Origin: Microthyrium microscopicum
Lineage: Eukaryota
Assembly: GCA_010405405.1 (NCBI GenBank)
Contig: MU004242.1
Location: forward strand, 977,769-1,041,768
DNA: 64,000 bases
Direction: 5' to 3'
Part shown: piece by piece, positions 50,508 to 64,000 of the stretch
Layout: each line of letters begins with the position of its first letter
Position numbering within the stretch: the stretch's first letter is position 1
Notes under the pieces: model-generated
The model's input: only the letters and a program-made list of their open reading frames with translations
What the model was told of the DNA's origin: nothing
Databases searched by the model: none
Program-made: the position numbers and the translations under genes

Positions 50508-52293
50508 TGTTGTTTATGCCTCGTGCCTAATCAGTATTGGATAGTCCCCAGGTTTAGGTATGTATCTTTGAGCTCGTTTTGCCTCAGTAACGAGGCGATG
50601 ACCTGGACATCAATATATGAAGACTGATCGTCAGACGATGGCGAACTACTAGTTCTACCGAGTAAAGACGTTTACCGGGAAACAATGGAGACCGATATCG
50701 ATAGCTTGCATACGGCCTGGATCGAAATAGATGTTGATCAACCATTTGAGTCCCTTTGTTCAACTTCACAATGGGAGGCTTTGGGAGCGCTCGATTGTTT
50801 TCAAAGAAGCTTGGATCTCGTCGAACTGGAAGCCATTGATAGAAAGGCCCCCCCAACTTTCCAGCCTTGTGGTGATAAATTTCCCCATGTAGAAGGGATT
50901 TGCCTGAGACACCTAATACGCTCCGTTCCTTTTCTGCTCAAGGCAACGCAGGGTGTCTTGTACCCGCCAATGGTAGTAAGCAGTTGAAGAAAAGTGACGA
51001 GCGTTATATAGGACCCTTTAATATGAGAGCCCTTGTGATCAACCAAATGTTGTACTTTTGAGTCTAAACGCCGGGAATGCGGCAAACTTATATTGTGCCC
51101 TGAATGTAGCCTGGTAACATTTCATTTACATTCCTGCCCAAACATACCAGCATAAGATCTTGATTATCAGTTTCCTAGTGTTTCCCTACAGTATTACCGT
51201 TCATCTAATCTCTCAAAACAATATGGCCAGCCATTCTATCAGTGTTGACCAAAAATAGTTCTTCTCCAGTGGTTCTGTGAGTGTTCCATCTACAAGGCAA
51301 TCCTGCCTTGCCGCCACGATATAGATTGTTGACGTCTTGGCTTGAAGCATCTTTCATTTATTTCCAACCTGATTGGGTAACACCGTTCCTATTGAGAAGT
51401 GTTGATCTTTTCAAACCGGGAAAACCCTCGGCTGGCCACGTCTACTTGTTCAACATGTCGCAGTTCTGGGGCTGATGCCCAGTTTCTGCCATGTTGCCTT
51501 GAAACATCTCTGGTGGATCTCCGAGCCGGTAATACACTTGGCTTCTCGTGTTCTCAATCTTGGTGATTTCTTCGTGATGATCAGATCTTGGCCAGGTTCA
51601 ACGTCACTTGAAGGAGGTGGTTGCATGATCTTTGCCCGGCTAGAAGCTAACGCGTACGATTATGGTCTATCACTGACCTGGCATCTGATCGATCCAGAGG
51701 CATTTTTGATTTCCAATGCCAATACAGTTCGGATGGCCGGATATACATGTTTGACGGTAGGAATATGGCAAGTCGTAGTACCTACTCAGGTAATAACTTA
51801 ACGAATGTACCGAATCTGCACGAGACTTTCCTAAAGTAAAGGTTCCCCAGAAGTCCGTGCAACAGCTTCAAACAAACTCATCACTATATTCAATCCCAAA
51901 AATAGGAATCTGTTTCTTTATGGCTTCCCGTGCTCTGTGCTAAACACTCTTATACCCCTACCCAGCCAATATAGTTGCTGAAGCCGTACTGGTCACCCGC
52001 GAATCAATATGGGTCGGTCTGTGTTTTCGCACGTCAGACTGGGAAGGGTAATCCGACCTTACTTGATATGTCTAGATACAATATGGGTCGCGGTTGCAAT
52101 AAGTAATTCTTGTCTGTGTGCAAGTGCCTTTATCTAAGCAGTTCCTGCCCATCATCTATCAATAGTTTATCTACTCTTCCAGTCACTCAACTCTTCCAAA
52201 TGATATCCTGATTTCATCAATTGTACTATTACTTATTATATTTTGGTTAGTGTGACATAGTATACGCCGTGTTACCTTTAGGTCGCCATCGCC

Positions 52294-54938
52294 ATGGCGT
52301 CTAAATTCGGAGATTCTGGAATCAATGAAAAACACCCAGAGGCCGACCGGACGGAATATGTCGAAGATTCAAAGAGAGGGGCTTTGACGACAGTGGAATA
52401 TGCCTCGAGCGACGAAGAAGGACAAGAAGCACCTAAGCCTCCAACAACAGCAAGAGATCTTGTCACTGAAGTTCTCTCAGTGGAAGATGATCCAACTCTA
52501 TCACCATGGACTTTCAGAATGTGGTTCGTAGGAGTTGGTGTATCAGTTTTCGCTGGGTAAGCTTTATCTTGTTGTACATATTAGTCAAATACTAATTCAG
52601 AACAGCACAATCACAACTATCAATACTTTCAAACCGCAATCAATTCACATTCATCTTGTTTTCGTAGCAGTAATTACATATATTCTTGGCACAGCGATGG
52701 CCGTAGTTTTACCTTCCAAAGGCAAGCTTGGTCGGATACTGAACCCAGGTCCGGTAAGTTCTGATAGTTATGAACCACTTGAAAAGTAGATCTAACGGAT
52801 ATCCAGTTCAATAAGAAAGAGCATTCGGCGATATGTATCATGGTTGCCGCATCAGCGGCTACCCCAGAAGCCATGCAAGTTCTAGCCGTTCAGAGACTGT
52901 TTTATAACATCGAAGTCAAGCCACCTGTCGCCATCTTCCTCATTCTTTCAACTCAAATGCTTGGATACGGTGTTGCTGGTTTGCTCCGGCCCACGTTGAT
53001 ATACCCCAGCAAGATGTTGTACCCAACCAATTTGCCTACCGCTTCATTACTTGAGAACTTGCATCGAGACAGGAAGAACAGCACGTCAAAGATGCGAGTG
53101 TTTTACATTGCCTTTTCTGTTTTGTTCCTTTGGCAAGCATTCCCTCAATATATCAGTAAGTCGTTTTTACCCAGATCCAATACTGAGCTAATTTATGATC
53201 CCAGTGCCCCTTTTAGCTGGTGTCTCCATATTTTGCTTGTCTATGCGAAAGAACCTCCTTGTCACTAATCTTTTCGGCGGAAGCATGGCCAACGAAGGTC
53301 TTGGATTCCTATCAATGTCGTTTGATTGGAGCATGATTTCGTCTCACGGCAATCCCTTGTGGCTTCCATTCCAGACTTTGATGAACACGATGGTCGGATA
53401 CTTGATAGCGATCCCACTTATCATGGGACTTTACTACTCCAACACATGGGACGCCAATAAGTTCCCATTCCTCTCGCCAAATATGTATTCGCATAAATCA
53501 ACGGCACAAAAGTATAAAGTCTACAACCAGACTCGAATTCTCAACTCTAGACACGAAGTCGACCACGATCTTCTCATGAAGGAAGGCCTTCCTTACCTCA
53601 CAGCCGCTGGTGCTCTAGGCAAGACTATCATGAATATGGCTATTACAGCTGCGATCAGCCACATGATACTCTGGCATCACAACGATCTCAAGAGTGCCCT
53701 AGAGATCTTCTCGCCCCTCAAACTGATATTCAAGCCAAAGCAGTGGAACTTCAAATTCTGGACCTGGAAGACTGAGAGACCAACCCCTGAGGAAGCCGAG
53801 GAGATTTGCCCACATTACCGGGTCATGTTGAACTATGATGAGGTGCCAAGTTGGTGGTTTGGCGGTCTCTGGGTTCTTTCTGCTGCCATAGGTCTTCTTT
53901 GCTCCCAACTTGCCGGCTCAACCTTGGAAATTTGGGCATTCTTCGTTGCTGTGTTTCTTTCTGCCACGCTTCTCATCTTCTTCGCCGCCTTGACCGCCAT
54001 GTTTGGAACCACTTTGAACGTACAGCCTTTGATTCAAATGATTGGAGCTTATCTACTTCCTGGTCGTCCAGTGGCCAACTTGTACTTTGCAACTTTCGGA
54101 TACAACTCCTTATACCAGGCTAAAAACATGCTTAAGGTTAGTTGATCTATAGAGCAAACCGGAATCAGCGCTAACAGAACTACTCGCAGGACTTGAAGCT
54201 TGGGCAATATCTTCATTTGGCTCCGAAAGCGACTTTCACTTGCCAGATCATTGGCACTGTAATTGGTTGCGTCATGTCGTACATCATGATGATGCAAATT
54301 ACTGAGGAAAAGCGTGACATTCTCTTGGCTATCCAGGGCACCAACGTCTGGTCTGGTCAGTTGGTACAATCGCAAAACTCTGCAGTAAGTTACGAGGTCT
54401 CTGAAATTTGAATATCGTACTGATTACGGCATAGGCTATGACATGGGGCGGTCTCGCCAAATACCTTTATAGCTGGGGAGCAAGATATCAATATGTATCA
54501 TTTGCTTTCGTCATTGGAATCTTCGCCCCAGTTCCATTCTGGGTGGCTCACCAATTCCTTCCCAAACTCAGACTGGACTACTGGAACACTGCGATCATAG
54601 GTGGCTATATGTACCACTTGACCCAAGGTACGCACAGCGGAATCCTGTTCCACTTTGTTTCAGGTTTCATCTCCCAGTTTTGGCTCCGAAAGTACAAGAC
54701 CAATTGGTTCATCAAATACAACTACATCATGTCGGCAGGAATCGACGGAGGAGCACAAGTGATCAACTTCATATTGACATTTGCCGTATTTGGTGCCGGT
54801 GGAAAGGTCGTCCCCTTCCCACCATACTGGGGTAATAATCATGAGAAGGGCAATTATGATTATTGCTTAAGAGATCCCGCGCTGGGCAGTGGGAAGCATA
54901 AGAAGAAGGGAGGCGGAAAAAGCAGTGGAGGAGAATAA
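52294..54938 (+). CDS. OPT-family oligopeptide transporter, 6 exons
   Basis: DDPTLSPWTFRMW, NPGP|FNKKEH, STQMLGYG, YDEVPSWWF, DLKLGQY, KYNYIMSAGIDGG; introns 52557-52605, 52754-52806, 53156-53204, 54137-54190, 54386-54434. Confidence 0.94.
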
Positions 54939-55502
54939 GCCTAATACTTGCTTAATCCTCTCTCAAATCTGTACAACTACCTTCTGTTCTGTATATACAC
55001 CACTTTAGCGATGCATATTCCTGTATTATTCTGCTACGTTATCACAAAGCTAGAGAATTGCTAGAGAATGAGACGACGATACCCGTTACAAGTTGCAATA
55101 TCCAGATATGAGTACGTACTTTGTGACGATAGCGTATGCGTACACTCTACAATCTACGGAATTGAGTGCTACTGTAGCATACAAATCCTACTGAATCTAG
55201 ATCGCCATTGGCGGGATCTGGATCCAATGCATAACCGTGCCCCATAAGGTCCCTGGTCATTTCCGAATATAGCATTATTAGGAATATTAAGGGTTCTAGT
55301 TTTAGAAGCGCCTGGACACTTGCCTGTTCCAACATAGCCACGATCCACCGCTGGGTGATCGCTTTGATACATATACCTAAGGAAAATGGTCGCGCATGTT
55401 TTATACCTCTTGTAACGTCAAACACCACAACAAATAATAACTCCACACGACATTACGCAACCATACACCACAACACTCGTCGACATACTCTCTCCAACCA
55501 CA

Positions 55503-55946
55503 ATGCGGTTCCTTCTGATCCTAGCCCTATCAGCGACCGCTCTTGCCGCGGACGTGCAGCTTCCCAGCTGCGCGAATCAGTGTACTTGGTCAAACGGATG
55601 TCCGATCGCGAAAAACGTAAGCTTGCGATGCGCTTCTCCTCAGACCTTTACTCATATCATTCAGTGTCCTCCACCAGAAGCTCTTGGCTACCCACAGAAC
55701 GTCATCGACCAACTCGAAACTGATTGCTCAAAAAAATGCCCCAAGCCACCCCGCCGAATCGCCACTCCTGGTGAGGCCGCACTAGATACACGCATGGTGG
55801 CATCAGTCGTTGGGCCCAGCTGTGAGAATGGCTGCCATTTTGCCTACGGATGCCCAAGACATGGCATGTGCAAGCCTCCAGATGCACTTGGATACAGTGA
55901 GGCGCAGATTGAGGAGCTTGAGACGAAGTGCAAGGCTGGCTGCTAG
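55503..55946 (+). CDS. Small secreted cysteine-rich protein with two 6-Cys repeats (131 aa after splicing)
   Basis: Signal peptide MRFLLILALSATALA. Removing the in-frame intron 55617-55664 (GTAAGC..CAG) makes the two repeats collinear. Confidence 0.85.
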   Translation: MRFLLILALSATALAADVQLPSCANQCTWSNGCPIAKNVSLRCASPQTFTHIIQCPPPEALGYPQNVIDQLETDCSKKCPKPPRRIATPGEAALDTRMVASVVGPSCENGCHFAYGCPRHGMCKPPDALGYSEAQIEELETKCKAGC

Positions 55947-56435
55947 CCGTTGCGTGGCATAAAGAGTTTGGGTGTGGCATATTTGACATGAGCATTATTG
56001 CATAGCGAGTTTGGATCTGGATTTAGCATTGCATTGCATCTGGGGAGCGTATTTGTGATGTTCTTGGCATCGTGTTTTATGTTGGATTAGCGAGCGTTGC
56101 CTGTGTAGATCAGATGATCTTTTAATGCGCATAAACTTTTTGTCTACTCCCTTGACAGTTGCTCCAATTATAACGTTCGCCTCTTATGCCAAAAATCAGA
56201 TTGACGATGGCTTCATTGCATTTGAGTGACGCCAAAGATGTAACGGTCAAGGCGATCCAGTCGAAGTTTGATATGTACTCCAATGTTCTTGCATTTGGTA
56301 ACAGCGAGCTGCACCGCCCGTTCCAGTTGAATTGGCAAACGGATCCTAATGGGGCACCGTAGCACATCTGGTCAAAAGCGCATCCGGTCGGGTTGGAAGG
56401 GTAAATAGTGTATAATTTGGGAGAGGCCACTATAA

Positions 56436-57209
56436 TTACATATGAGGTAGTCCTGCTGACCTTCCTATCATCATTGGGTGATGATGAACGCTAGGAATCA
56501 GCCCAATACCTACAGCTCTTCTGATGGCTTTTGCGAGCTTTCGTTGTGTGCCTTGCTTGAGCCCAGTTTCTTTGCGATGCTTTATCCGGCCTGTTTCCGT
56601 AGTGAACTCGGTAAGGACTGCAAAGTTCTGCGACAGAGTTAGACAGGCTACGCGACAACAGCATCAGAATCATACCTTGTAAAAGGCGGCAGGACTTTTG
56701 CCAACCATGTCAAACACGTCGCTTGACTGAGTGACGACCCTTTTCTTGAGCCACTTCCTTTGCTCACTGGGGCCTATATCCTTCGGGGTGTATACATCGC
56801 CAAATTGCCATTTTCGCCCTATTCTTCTGCGCATTTGCAGGTTCTCTTGTTGTACAGGCGCCGATTGGTTTCTTCGATCAAGTCTTTGGGAAGCGTTCTG
56901 GAGGGCATAGACGTTGGGTTCTCTGGTAGCAGCTCGAGTAAGTTTTGATTTGTCAATCGACCCTAGGTATTCACTAGAGCCAACAGTTTCTACTGGTGCT
57001 CTTCGTGGGAAAGTTCGAGTCTGATTTGCCTGTACCATCTGGAATAGCTCCTCGGCTTGTTTGTTTCTGTTGCGATACTCAGAACGAGCTGGGCCCGGAG
57101 CTGGGCTGGAGGTTTGTATGTTTGGGGAATCGGATGAGTAGAAGCGATGGCACGATCGGCTGATTGATCGTGGAGCTATCCGTCCTAGTGACTTCGTTAT
57201 TGGAGGCAT
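56436..57209 (-). CDS. RSM18: Mitochondrial ribosomal protein bS18m (Rsm18)
   Basis: Arg/Ser-rich presequence, WQFGDVYTPKD, FYK|NFAVLTEFTTETGRIKHRKETGL..QRKLAKAIRRAVGIGLIPSVHHHP; intron 56628-56675. Confidence 0.9.
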
Positions 57210-57732
57210 CGCGATTGATCTAGAGGGTGAAGATGCAGCAAAGAACTCATTGAAGAAGGCTTTCTCGCATAGACAAGAATCTAACTTTCAATGTTCAAAG
57301 TCTGTAATTTGATGAGAGCCCGGGGTTGAGAATTTTGAGGCAATAAGGCAGCCAGAAAGTTTGTGCCCCACATTTCAGGTGACAGGAATCTTACACGGAT
57401 TTGATTCGATTCTTGGCATCACCACCGCTGTGCATCCTTCAAGAAGGTTAATTCCACTGCATTCTGCAACTTGACTATTCCTCTTTTCTCAACGTCCTCG
57501 ATCATTGCCCCAGCTTCGTCCCATTCGACCTTATCTGAGCCATCGTATTTCGTGGCGCCCATCGACTCCTCAACATTCTAGCTCCCTGGCATAGACGACA
57601 TCGGCATTCGACCGGAATCCAAATTTAACTAGCCAACAATCACGAAAGAGACTCGACCTTTTCAGCCTTTTGCCTTGATAGATTCGCATGAGGAGCTACC
57701 TCTTCTGCCTTCTTGGCACTTAGACTGCAAAA

Positions 57733-60122
57733 ATGGCGGTTAACAGAATCAGAGGCGCTTTCGCCGTACCGAAAAAGGGAGAAACTTTTGAATTGCGGGC
57801 GGGGCTTGTGTCTCAATATGCCTACGAACGCAAGGAATCCATCCAAAAGACCATTATGGCCATGACATTGGGCAAAGATGTGTCTGCCTTGTTTCCAGAT
57901 GTACTAAAGAACATTGCAACTGCCGACTTGGACCAAAAGAAGCTGGTGTATCTATATTTGATGAACTATGCCAAATCGCATCCCGATCTATGCATTCTCG
58001 CCGTCAACACATTTGTTCAGGACTCGGAAGACCCAAATCCTCTCATACGAGCGCTTGCGATACGGACAATGGGATGCATTCGTGTTGATAAAATGGTGGA
58101 TTACATGGAAGAACCCCTTCGAAAGACCTTACGAGACGAATCCCCTTATGTTCGCAAGACGGCAGTACTCTGCGTGGCCAAGCTGTTTGACCTGAATCCT
58201 TCGATGTGCATCGAAAACGGCTTCTTAGAAACCCTTCAAGAGCTTGTCGGTGACCCAAATCCCATGGTTGTCGCAAACTCGGTGACAGCATTGGTTGAAA
58301 TCGAGGAGGCCGCACCTGAAACCAAAGCTTTCAGGATCAATCCAGCAACACTCAAAAAAATGCTACTTGCGCTTAACGAGTGCACAGAATGGGGACGGAT
58401 AACCATACTTACTAGTCTGGCAGAGTACCGGGCTAATGATCAGAAGGAGAGTGAGCACATTTGCGAGAGAGTCGCGCCCCAGTTTCAGCATGCCAATCCA
58501 AGTGTGGTCCTCGCCGCTGTCAAGGCTGTGTTTCTTCACATGCGGTTCGTTGGTCCAGAGCTCCGTCAACAATATTTGCGCAAAATGGCTCCTCCACTAG
58601 GTACGTCTCCGGCATCAATTGTTCATCGGATTGCTAATCGGCAATAGTAACGCTTGTATCATCACAACCAGAAGTACAGTATGTGGCACTTCGAAACATT
58701 GATCTCCTCCTTCAGAAGCAGCCGGACATTCTGAGTAAAGAAATGCGCGTGTTCTTCTGTAAATACAACGATCCACCATACCTTAAGCTTCAAAAGCTCG
58801 AAATTATGGTACGAATTGCCAGTGAAGCCAACATGGATCAGCTTCTGGCTGAGCTAAAAGAATACGCCATGGAAGTGGACATGGACTTCGTCCGACGAGC
58901 AGTGCGAGCAATTGGCCAAGTTGCCATCAAGATTGAGAGTGCAGCTGAGAAATGCGTCAACACCCTCCTAGACTTGATTGGCACCAAAGTCAATTACGTC
59001 GTTCAAGAAGCTATTGTGGTGATAAAAGACATTTTCAGGAAATACCCGGGTTACGAGGGCATAATACCACAGCTCTGCCAATGCATTGATGAGCTCGATG
59101 AACCAAATGCCAGAGGATCGTTGATATGGATCGTAGGAGAATACGCAGAGAAAATTACAAATGCAGCGGACATTCTCTCCGGATTCGTCGACAGCTTCAA
59201 CGAAGAATTTACTCAGGCAAGTCGGTTCTAGGGCTCTCTGATTTGTCACTAACAGCGAAAGACACAACTTCAAATTCTCACAGCCGTGGTCAAGTTATTC
59301 CTCAAGCGACCAGACCAATCGCAGGGCCTTGTAAAGAAGGTGTTGCAAGCAGCCACGGCTGAAAATGATAACCCAGACATTAGAGATCGAGCATATGTAT
59401 ATTGGCGATTGCTATCCAGTGACCCGGCCGTCACAAAGGTACTATTTGATAAAGTTCAGCATTGCTTCCATTGGCTAACTCGGATCAGGATGTGGTCCTG
59501 TCAGAGAAGCCCCCTATTACATCAACCATTCAATCACTCCCTCCAGCTCTCTTAGACTCGCTTTTAAATGAACTCTCCACACTAGCTTCAGTTTATCATA
59601 AACCCCCGGAAACCTTTCTTGGTCAAGGACGCTTTGGCGCAGAAGCAATGCAGAAAGCCGCCATCGAGTATGTTGTCCGTGTCACTCAATTATCTTTGCT
59701 GACATGATTCCAGGGAACAAGAGCAGAATGCTCGAGAAAATCCCATCGCAGCAGCCGCAGCAGTATCAGGCGATAACGCCACTCAAGGCAATGTCGAAAA
59801 TCTCCTCGATATTGATTTCGACGGTGCAGCTCCAGCTGCTTTAGAAGGCCAACAACCAATCAGTTCAGGTGGCCTAGAAGATCTCATGGGCGACGCACCA
59901 AGTGGTTCCCCTGCTCCACCACCTGGTGCAACTAACAACATGGATGACCTTATGGGTATCTTTGGTTCAGACGGAGCGAGTACAGCAGCTGCCCCGCCTG
60001 GAGGTACTGATGATTTGATGAATGGCTTTGGTGGGCTAGATCTTAGTGCATCGGCGACAGAGGCTCCGTCCCAACCTCAGGGTCCGAAGAAGACGAACCA
60101 AGATATTCTTGGTCTGTTCTAG
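57733..60122 (+). CDS. APL2: AP-1 adaptor complex beta subunit
   Basis: [75 protein letters not shown]; introns 58601-58647, 59217-59261 (GC-AG), 59439-59488, 59668-59713. Confidence 0.95.
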
Positions 60123-60732
60123 AGGGTAGGGCTAGGATTTCAAGATAGTAATGAAGCATGATTGCCACCATTGGCTACGAACTTCGCAAAGTGAGTATCT
60201 TTTCTCTATATAGGGCACTAATTCTATACCTGGGTACAACAGGAAATGATACGAAGGATCACAATACATCTTGATTGACCTTCCCAAACTACGGAACTTT
60301 AACCAGAATATTCTAGTCATGACGTTCTATTCCGGCCTTGGCAAAGATATCGGAGAAATGGATATGTCGCATCTATATATCTACGCTCTATCTACGCTAG
60401 CGGGAAGTGGAGAGGCTATAATACCGCGTAATATGTACCTGGGTGTATATCTGACGGCCTGGAATTGAGTGGTACCATGATATTCGATCGTAGCCATTGA
60501 GTTAAGTAAACCAATGTTTCCCAATATCTAATTCACAGCATTGTAGCCCTTCTTTATCGCTCATTTTTACTACATCCTCACCCTCATTTTTGTACTTTGA
60601 AACTCATTCCTTGACATCGATCTCGTCTTACTGATAGAGGTGCAACCGTCTTTGCAGGAGAGCATCCGGATTATGCACCTTTCTATCCTTGCTGCATAAC
60701 CATTTTATAGACGCTTTCTCTTATTGCTCAAC

Positions 60733-62686
60733 ATGGGTATTGGAATTTTGGACGACCCCAGGACGCCGTTCCCACCTGGAACTTGCATCCTGACAGAAAA
60801 ACTTACAGTCGGTGCTGGTTTAGACGAATCTGAGTTGGACGGCTTCAAAAAAGATGGTGATGTTGTTCTTCAGCCACAGCCTTCGGATTCACCAAACGAT
60901 CCTTACAACTGGAGCGAAAGGCGCAAATATGGCATGGCGATCTTGCTCATAGCCAATGCCATCAGTATGTATGCCTAAAAGAGTTCACCACAGACATTCT
61001 AACAACTCCATAGCAATTGGTGGTACACAAGGCATGTTACATACAGGCATGAGGATACTTGCTGAGAAGTATCACACAACATTTCCAAATGTCAGTAATT
61101 CTAGATTCCAAGTTTTGGCTCTGGACGGTTTCTAACGCAACTCAAGGTCATTCGACATCTCACACCGCCCCGCATTGTGTCTCACGCATTTGGTCTCTCG
61201 TTTGCTTCGGCCATGGCTGCAGTCTATGGAAAGCGAGTTCTCTATGTCACTGGTGTTTTCGTCATTTGGGCAGAGATGTTCGCAGGATGGTTCGCCAACT
61301 CACTGGATTATTACACAGCTCTATCCGCTATTGGAGGGTTCGCTTCTTCATTTGAGATTTTGAACGGACCAATAATGACTGAAATGGTTTACGTCCATAA
61401 GCGTGGACGTATCATGGGTTTGACAGCAATCGTTGCTGTTGTTGGTGGTGACGCGAGGTAAGGATATATTTCTCGATAAGTGCTGCAATCACTGACACTT
61501 TCTATAGTCAAGTCATCTCCGGCAATGTTATCTCTAAGCTAGGCATCAAGTATACTTATCTGATCAGCTGCTGCATTGTCGCACTGCTGGCAGCATTGAT
61601 CTATCTCTTTGTCTGGGAGACAACATATTACCGCAAGACCCGGGAGGTAAAAAGAAAAGGGGACCTTTCGCCAGGAGCAATTTCTGAAAACTTTGAAACC
61701 GACTCGAAATCTCAAAGTGATGTCAAACCGGATGTCAAGAAGGACATTTCTGTTACACAAATTGAAAACCTCTCACCGATCAGCTCTCATCCAGAGGATT
61801 TTGCAATTCCGGAAGCCAAATTCACCTGGAAGCAACAATTGAAAGTGTTTAGAGGTCGGATAACTAAGAGAAGTCTGCTTCAGGCATTCTACCAACCATT
61901 TCCACTACTTCTCTTCCCATCTGTTCTTTTCGCTACTTTCGTCAATGGTGCATTCATGACATGGCTTCAGATTTCCGGTCTCCTCAAGTAAGTCAACTTT
62001 CGCATACCTTATAATCATGCCTAATTCTAATGATATCTTTCAGATTCCAAGTTCTTGCTTATCCACCATACAACCTCAAGCCGGATCAACTAGCTTATAT
62101 CAATCTTCCTGGAAGCATCATCAACTTACTCACCTCCATCTTCTCGGGACTATTCAGCGATTGGTTAATCAAGTTCCTGTCTCGACGCAACAAGGGTGTC
62201 TACGAGCCAGAATTCAGACTTCTTCTGATGCTGCCAGCCACCATCTTCTCAACCGTGTCGTTCTTGCTTCTTGGCAATGCTTATCATTACAAATGGTCGA
62301 TCGTACGAATTGTTGCTTGCAGCATATGCATGAACATCGCTGTCCCATTTGCCGGAAACGCGTCGATGACATACATTTACGATACACAAAGGACAACAGC
62401 AACAGAAGCTGTCGTGGCAAGTGCCCTGGTCAAGTCGATCTTTGGATACTTCGTCACGAGCTATGTCCCAGCATGGTTCGAAAAGGCCGGCCCACTCAAA
62501 GCTTTCACTACCCTGGCTATCCTAAACGTATCGTTCGCATGCTTGACGATCCCAGTATATATCTTCGGAAAAAGATTACGCGGCATGGTATGTCATACTA
62601 TCCAACTCCAAATTCAATTACTAATGATTACTTAGGTTGCGCGAAACAAATTCCTGATGAAAGCAGCTATCCACAAGGAAGACTAG
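60733..62686 (+). CDS. MFS transporter (Hol1/DHA1-like), 6 exons
   Basis: VLQPQPSDSPNDPYNWS, YGKR, VHKRGR, LFVWETTYYR, GVYEPEFRL, YIFGKRLR; introns 60965-61013, 61091-61146, 61458-61506, 61988-62043, 62588-62635. Confidence 0.9.
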
Positions 62687-63455
62687 ATGTGCGCTTGGCT
62701 CTAATATGGAGAACAGCGGTGTTTACGTGATCAAGATCTTGGGGGTTATTTTAGGAATGCCATGGTGAGGTTCGATACATACAGTACAGTACATACGCTT
62801 CAGATTGGATATATTTGCTGAAGCCAGGATTGATACCGATTTACATTATTCTCTTGTACAGTAATAATCCATGCTTCTTAGATTGTCTGAAGATTCGGCA
62901 CCAGTTGACTGATATTTACCCATCAAGTTGTACTCCAATGACAGTGAAGTTAATTAATCGCGCGTTATTTTCCCCCAGCTAAGTGGAGAGCTGAACCGGG
63001 AAGCAGGTAATCGCTGAATAGTGTGACTGGTCATAGTCATCGATTGATAGTATGTTCATGTTTCATATTAGCATATATGGCGATAAGTTATATATCAGTG
63101 TATTAACCGATTAGGTGTTTGCCGATCTTTCTAGCGCTTTGTGGTATAGACTGATCTCCATGGTTCGAACGACTCTCCAATGAACTGGTCAAGCCTTACA
63201 GTAATGTGAGCTAAGCATGCGTGGCACGGCGCTGCTGATATCGACTATCGCTCGATCTGTTCTGCCATATTACCTTTGCCCTTCTGCTTTGACAGGGTAG
63301 TCGACTTCTTGTCACTGAAATATTGCGTTTTAATCTGAACTGATATTCAAGATTTTGAAGTTCAAGACTGCCACTGACTTCAAAGCGTAAGGAAGTGCGG
63401 CAGACTGTCGAAAACGGAAGGTCGAATAAGGTATTGGTTAAGCATATATAATGGC

Positions 63456-64000
63456 CTAAGTAGAGGATTCAAATAGTGTACCAAGCCCCAAATCAGCTTC
63501 CAGATCTTTCTGTCGCTCTTGTTCATCTTGCTTCTTTACCTTCATTAAGCTGGTTCTGATATCTCTTTGCGCTTCATAATAAGCACCCCTTGAATCTGCT
63601 TCAGTCCACCAGCCGGATTCGGATGGTAGATGCTTGGTTACCTTTAGTTGTACATTTCCGACAACAGAGCCGTCAACCTCATTTACAAATTTGTCTAAAG
63701 AAGTATGCATCTTGAACGTAAGATAGGCGGGAAAGGTAGAGGATGTGATCGGGCCAGATGAATGGCGATTGCCTTCATGGAGCTTATCCGTTTTTCTCCC
63801 AGCCGTCCTTGGGCAGTACTTTTTGGAGGTAGGCAAGTACCATTTCGGCGTTTCTCAACTCGTAAGGTAAAGCGGTTCCGTGTTGCGCTTCTATTTTAGC
63901 CGTAAGAGGATATCTCTGCTCTGGATAAGGCCGGCGCCGGAACAGAGGTCGCTTGCCGCCTGCTGTTGGATATACTTTCATCTTTGAATCTGGCTCTCGA
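63456..64000 (-). CDS. 3' part of a hypothetical gene truncated by the window edge (two frames, joined by a weak intron or a frameshift)
   Basis: Frame is open from the edge to 63784 and a second ORF runs to 63456. A possible weak intron at 63711-63819 joins them in frame. Confidence 0.35.

Noticed and set aside
50584..51801. Coding-looking minus-strand fragments between the 172-aa ORF and OPT
   Set aside because: Stops in all frames and no consistent exon chain; possibly a pseudogene but not identifiable by eye.
56122..56430. 102-aa Cys-containing ORF just after the RSM18 stop
   Set aside because: GTG start, no signal peptide, lies in the expected RSM18 3'UTR, and is not in frame behind a single stop.
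1..64000. tRNA, rRNA, CRISPR arrays, transposase/RT ORFs and long antisense ORFs inside genes
   Set aside because: GTTCGA-like hits (7411, 62771, 63163) show no cloverleaf; no repeat-spacer arrays or transposase motifs were seen; antisense ORFs are shadows of real CDSs.

Overview
Eukaryotic window from a filamentous ascomycete (Pezizomycotina, inferred from short 45-70 nt spliceosomal introns with CTRAC branch sites and the gene set). It holds about 28 protein genes, and most exon structures below were rebuilt by hand because the ORF track fragments spliced genes. Core genes: DPH7, RPL42/eL42, beta carbonic anhydrase, Cdc25 phosphatase, SLD5, formamidase fmdS with its upstream partner usgS, ATG9, COG6, NAD-glutamate dehydrogenase, PRO2, a Crh-type GH16, an OPT transporter, RSM18, AP-1 beta and two MFS transporters. 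Accessory genes: an F-box-like ORF broken by one TGA plus a decayed tandem paralog, a HET-domain gene, two methyltransferases, a RING protein and a small secreted two-repeat Cys-rich protein. The most interesting unexplained features are: (1) a Crh gene whose last intron has two acceptors giving two different GPI-like tails from overlapping frames; (2) a spliced 107-aa AT-hook/H1-tail-like basic protein missing from the ORF track; (3) a nested fold-back in the long RPL42 intron; (4) a 229-bp MITE with perfect 60-bp TIRs upstream of cdc25; (5) the secreted 2x6-Cys protein. No rRNA, tRNA or CRISPR was found by eye, and no database searches were run.
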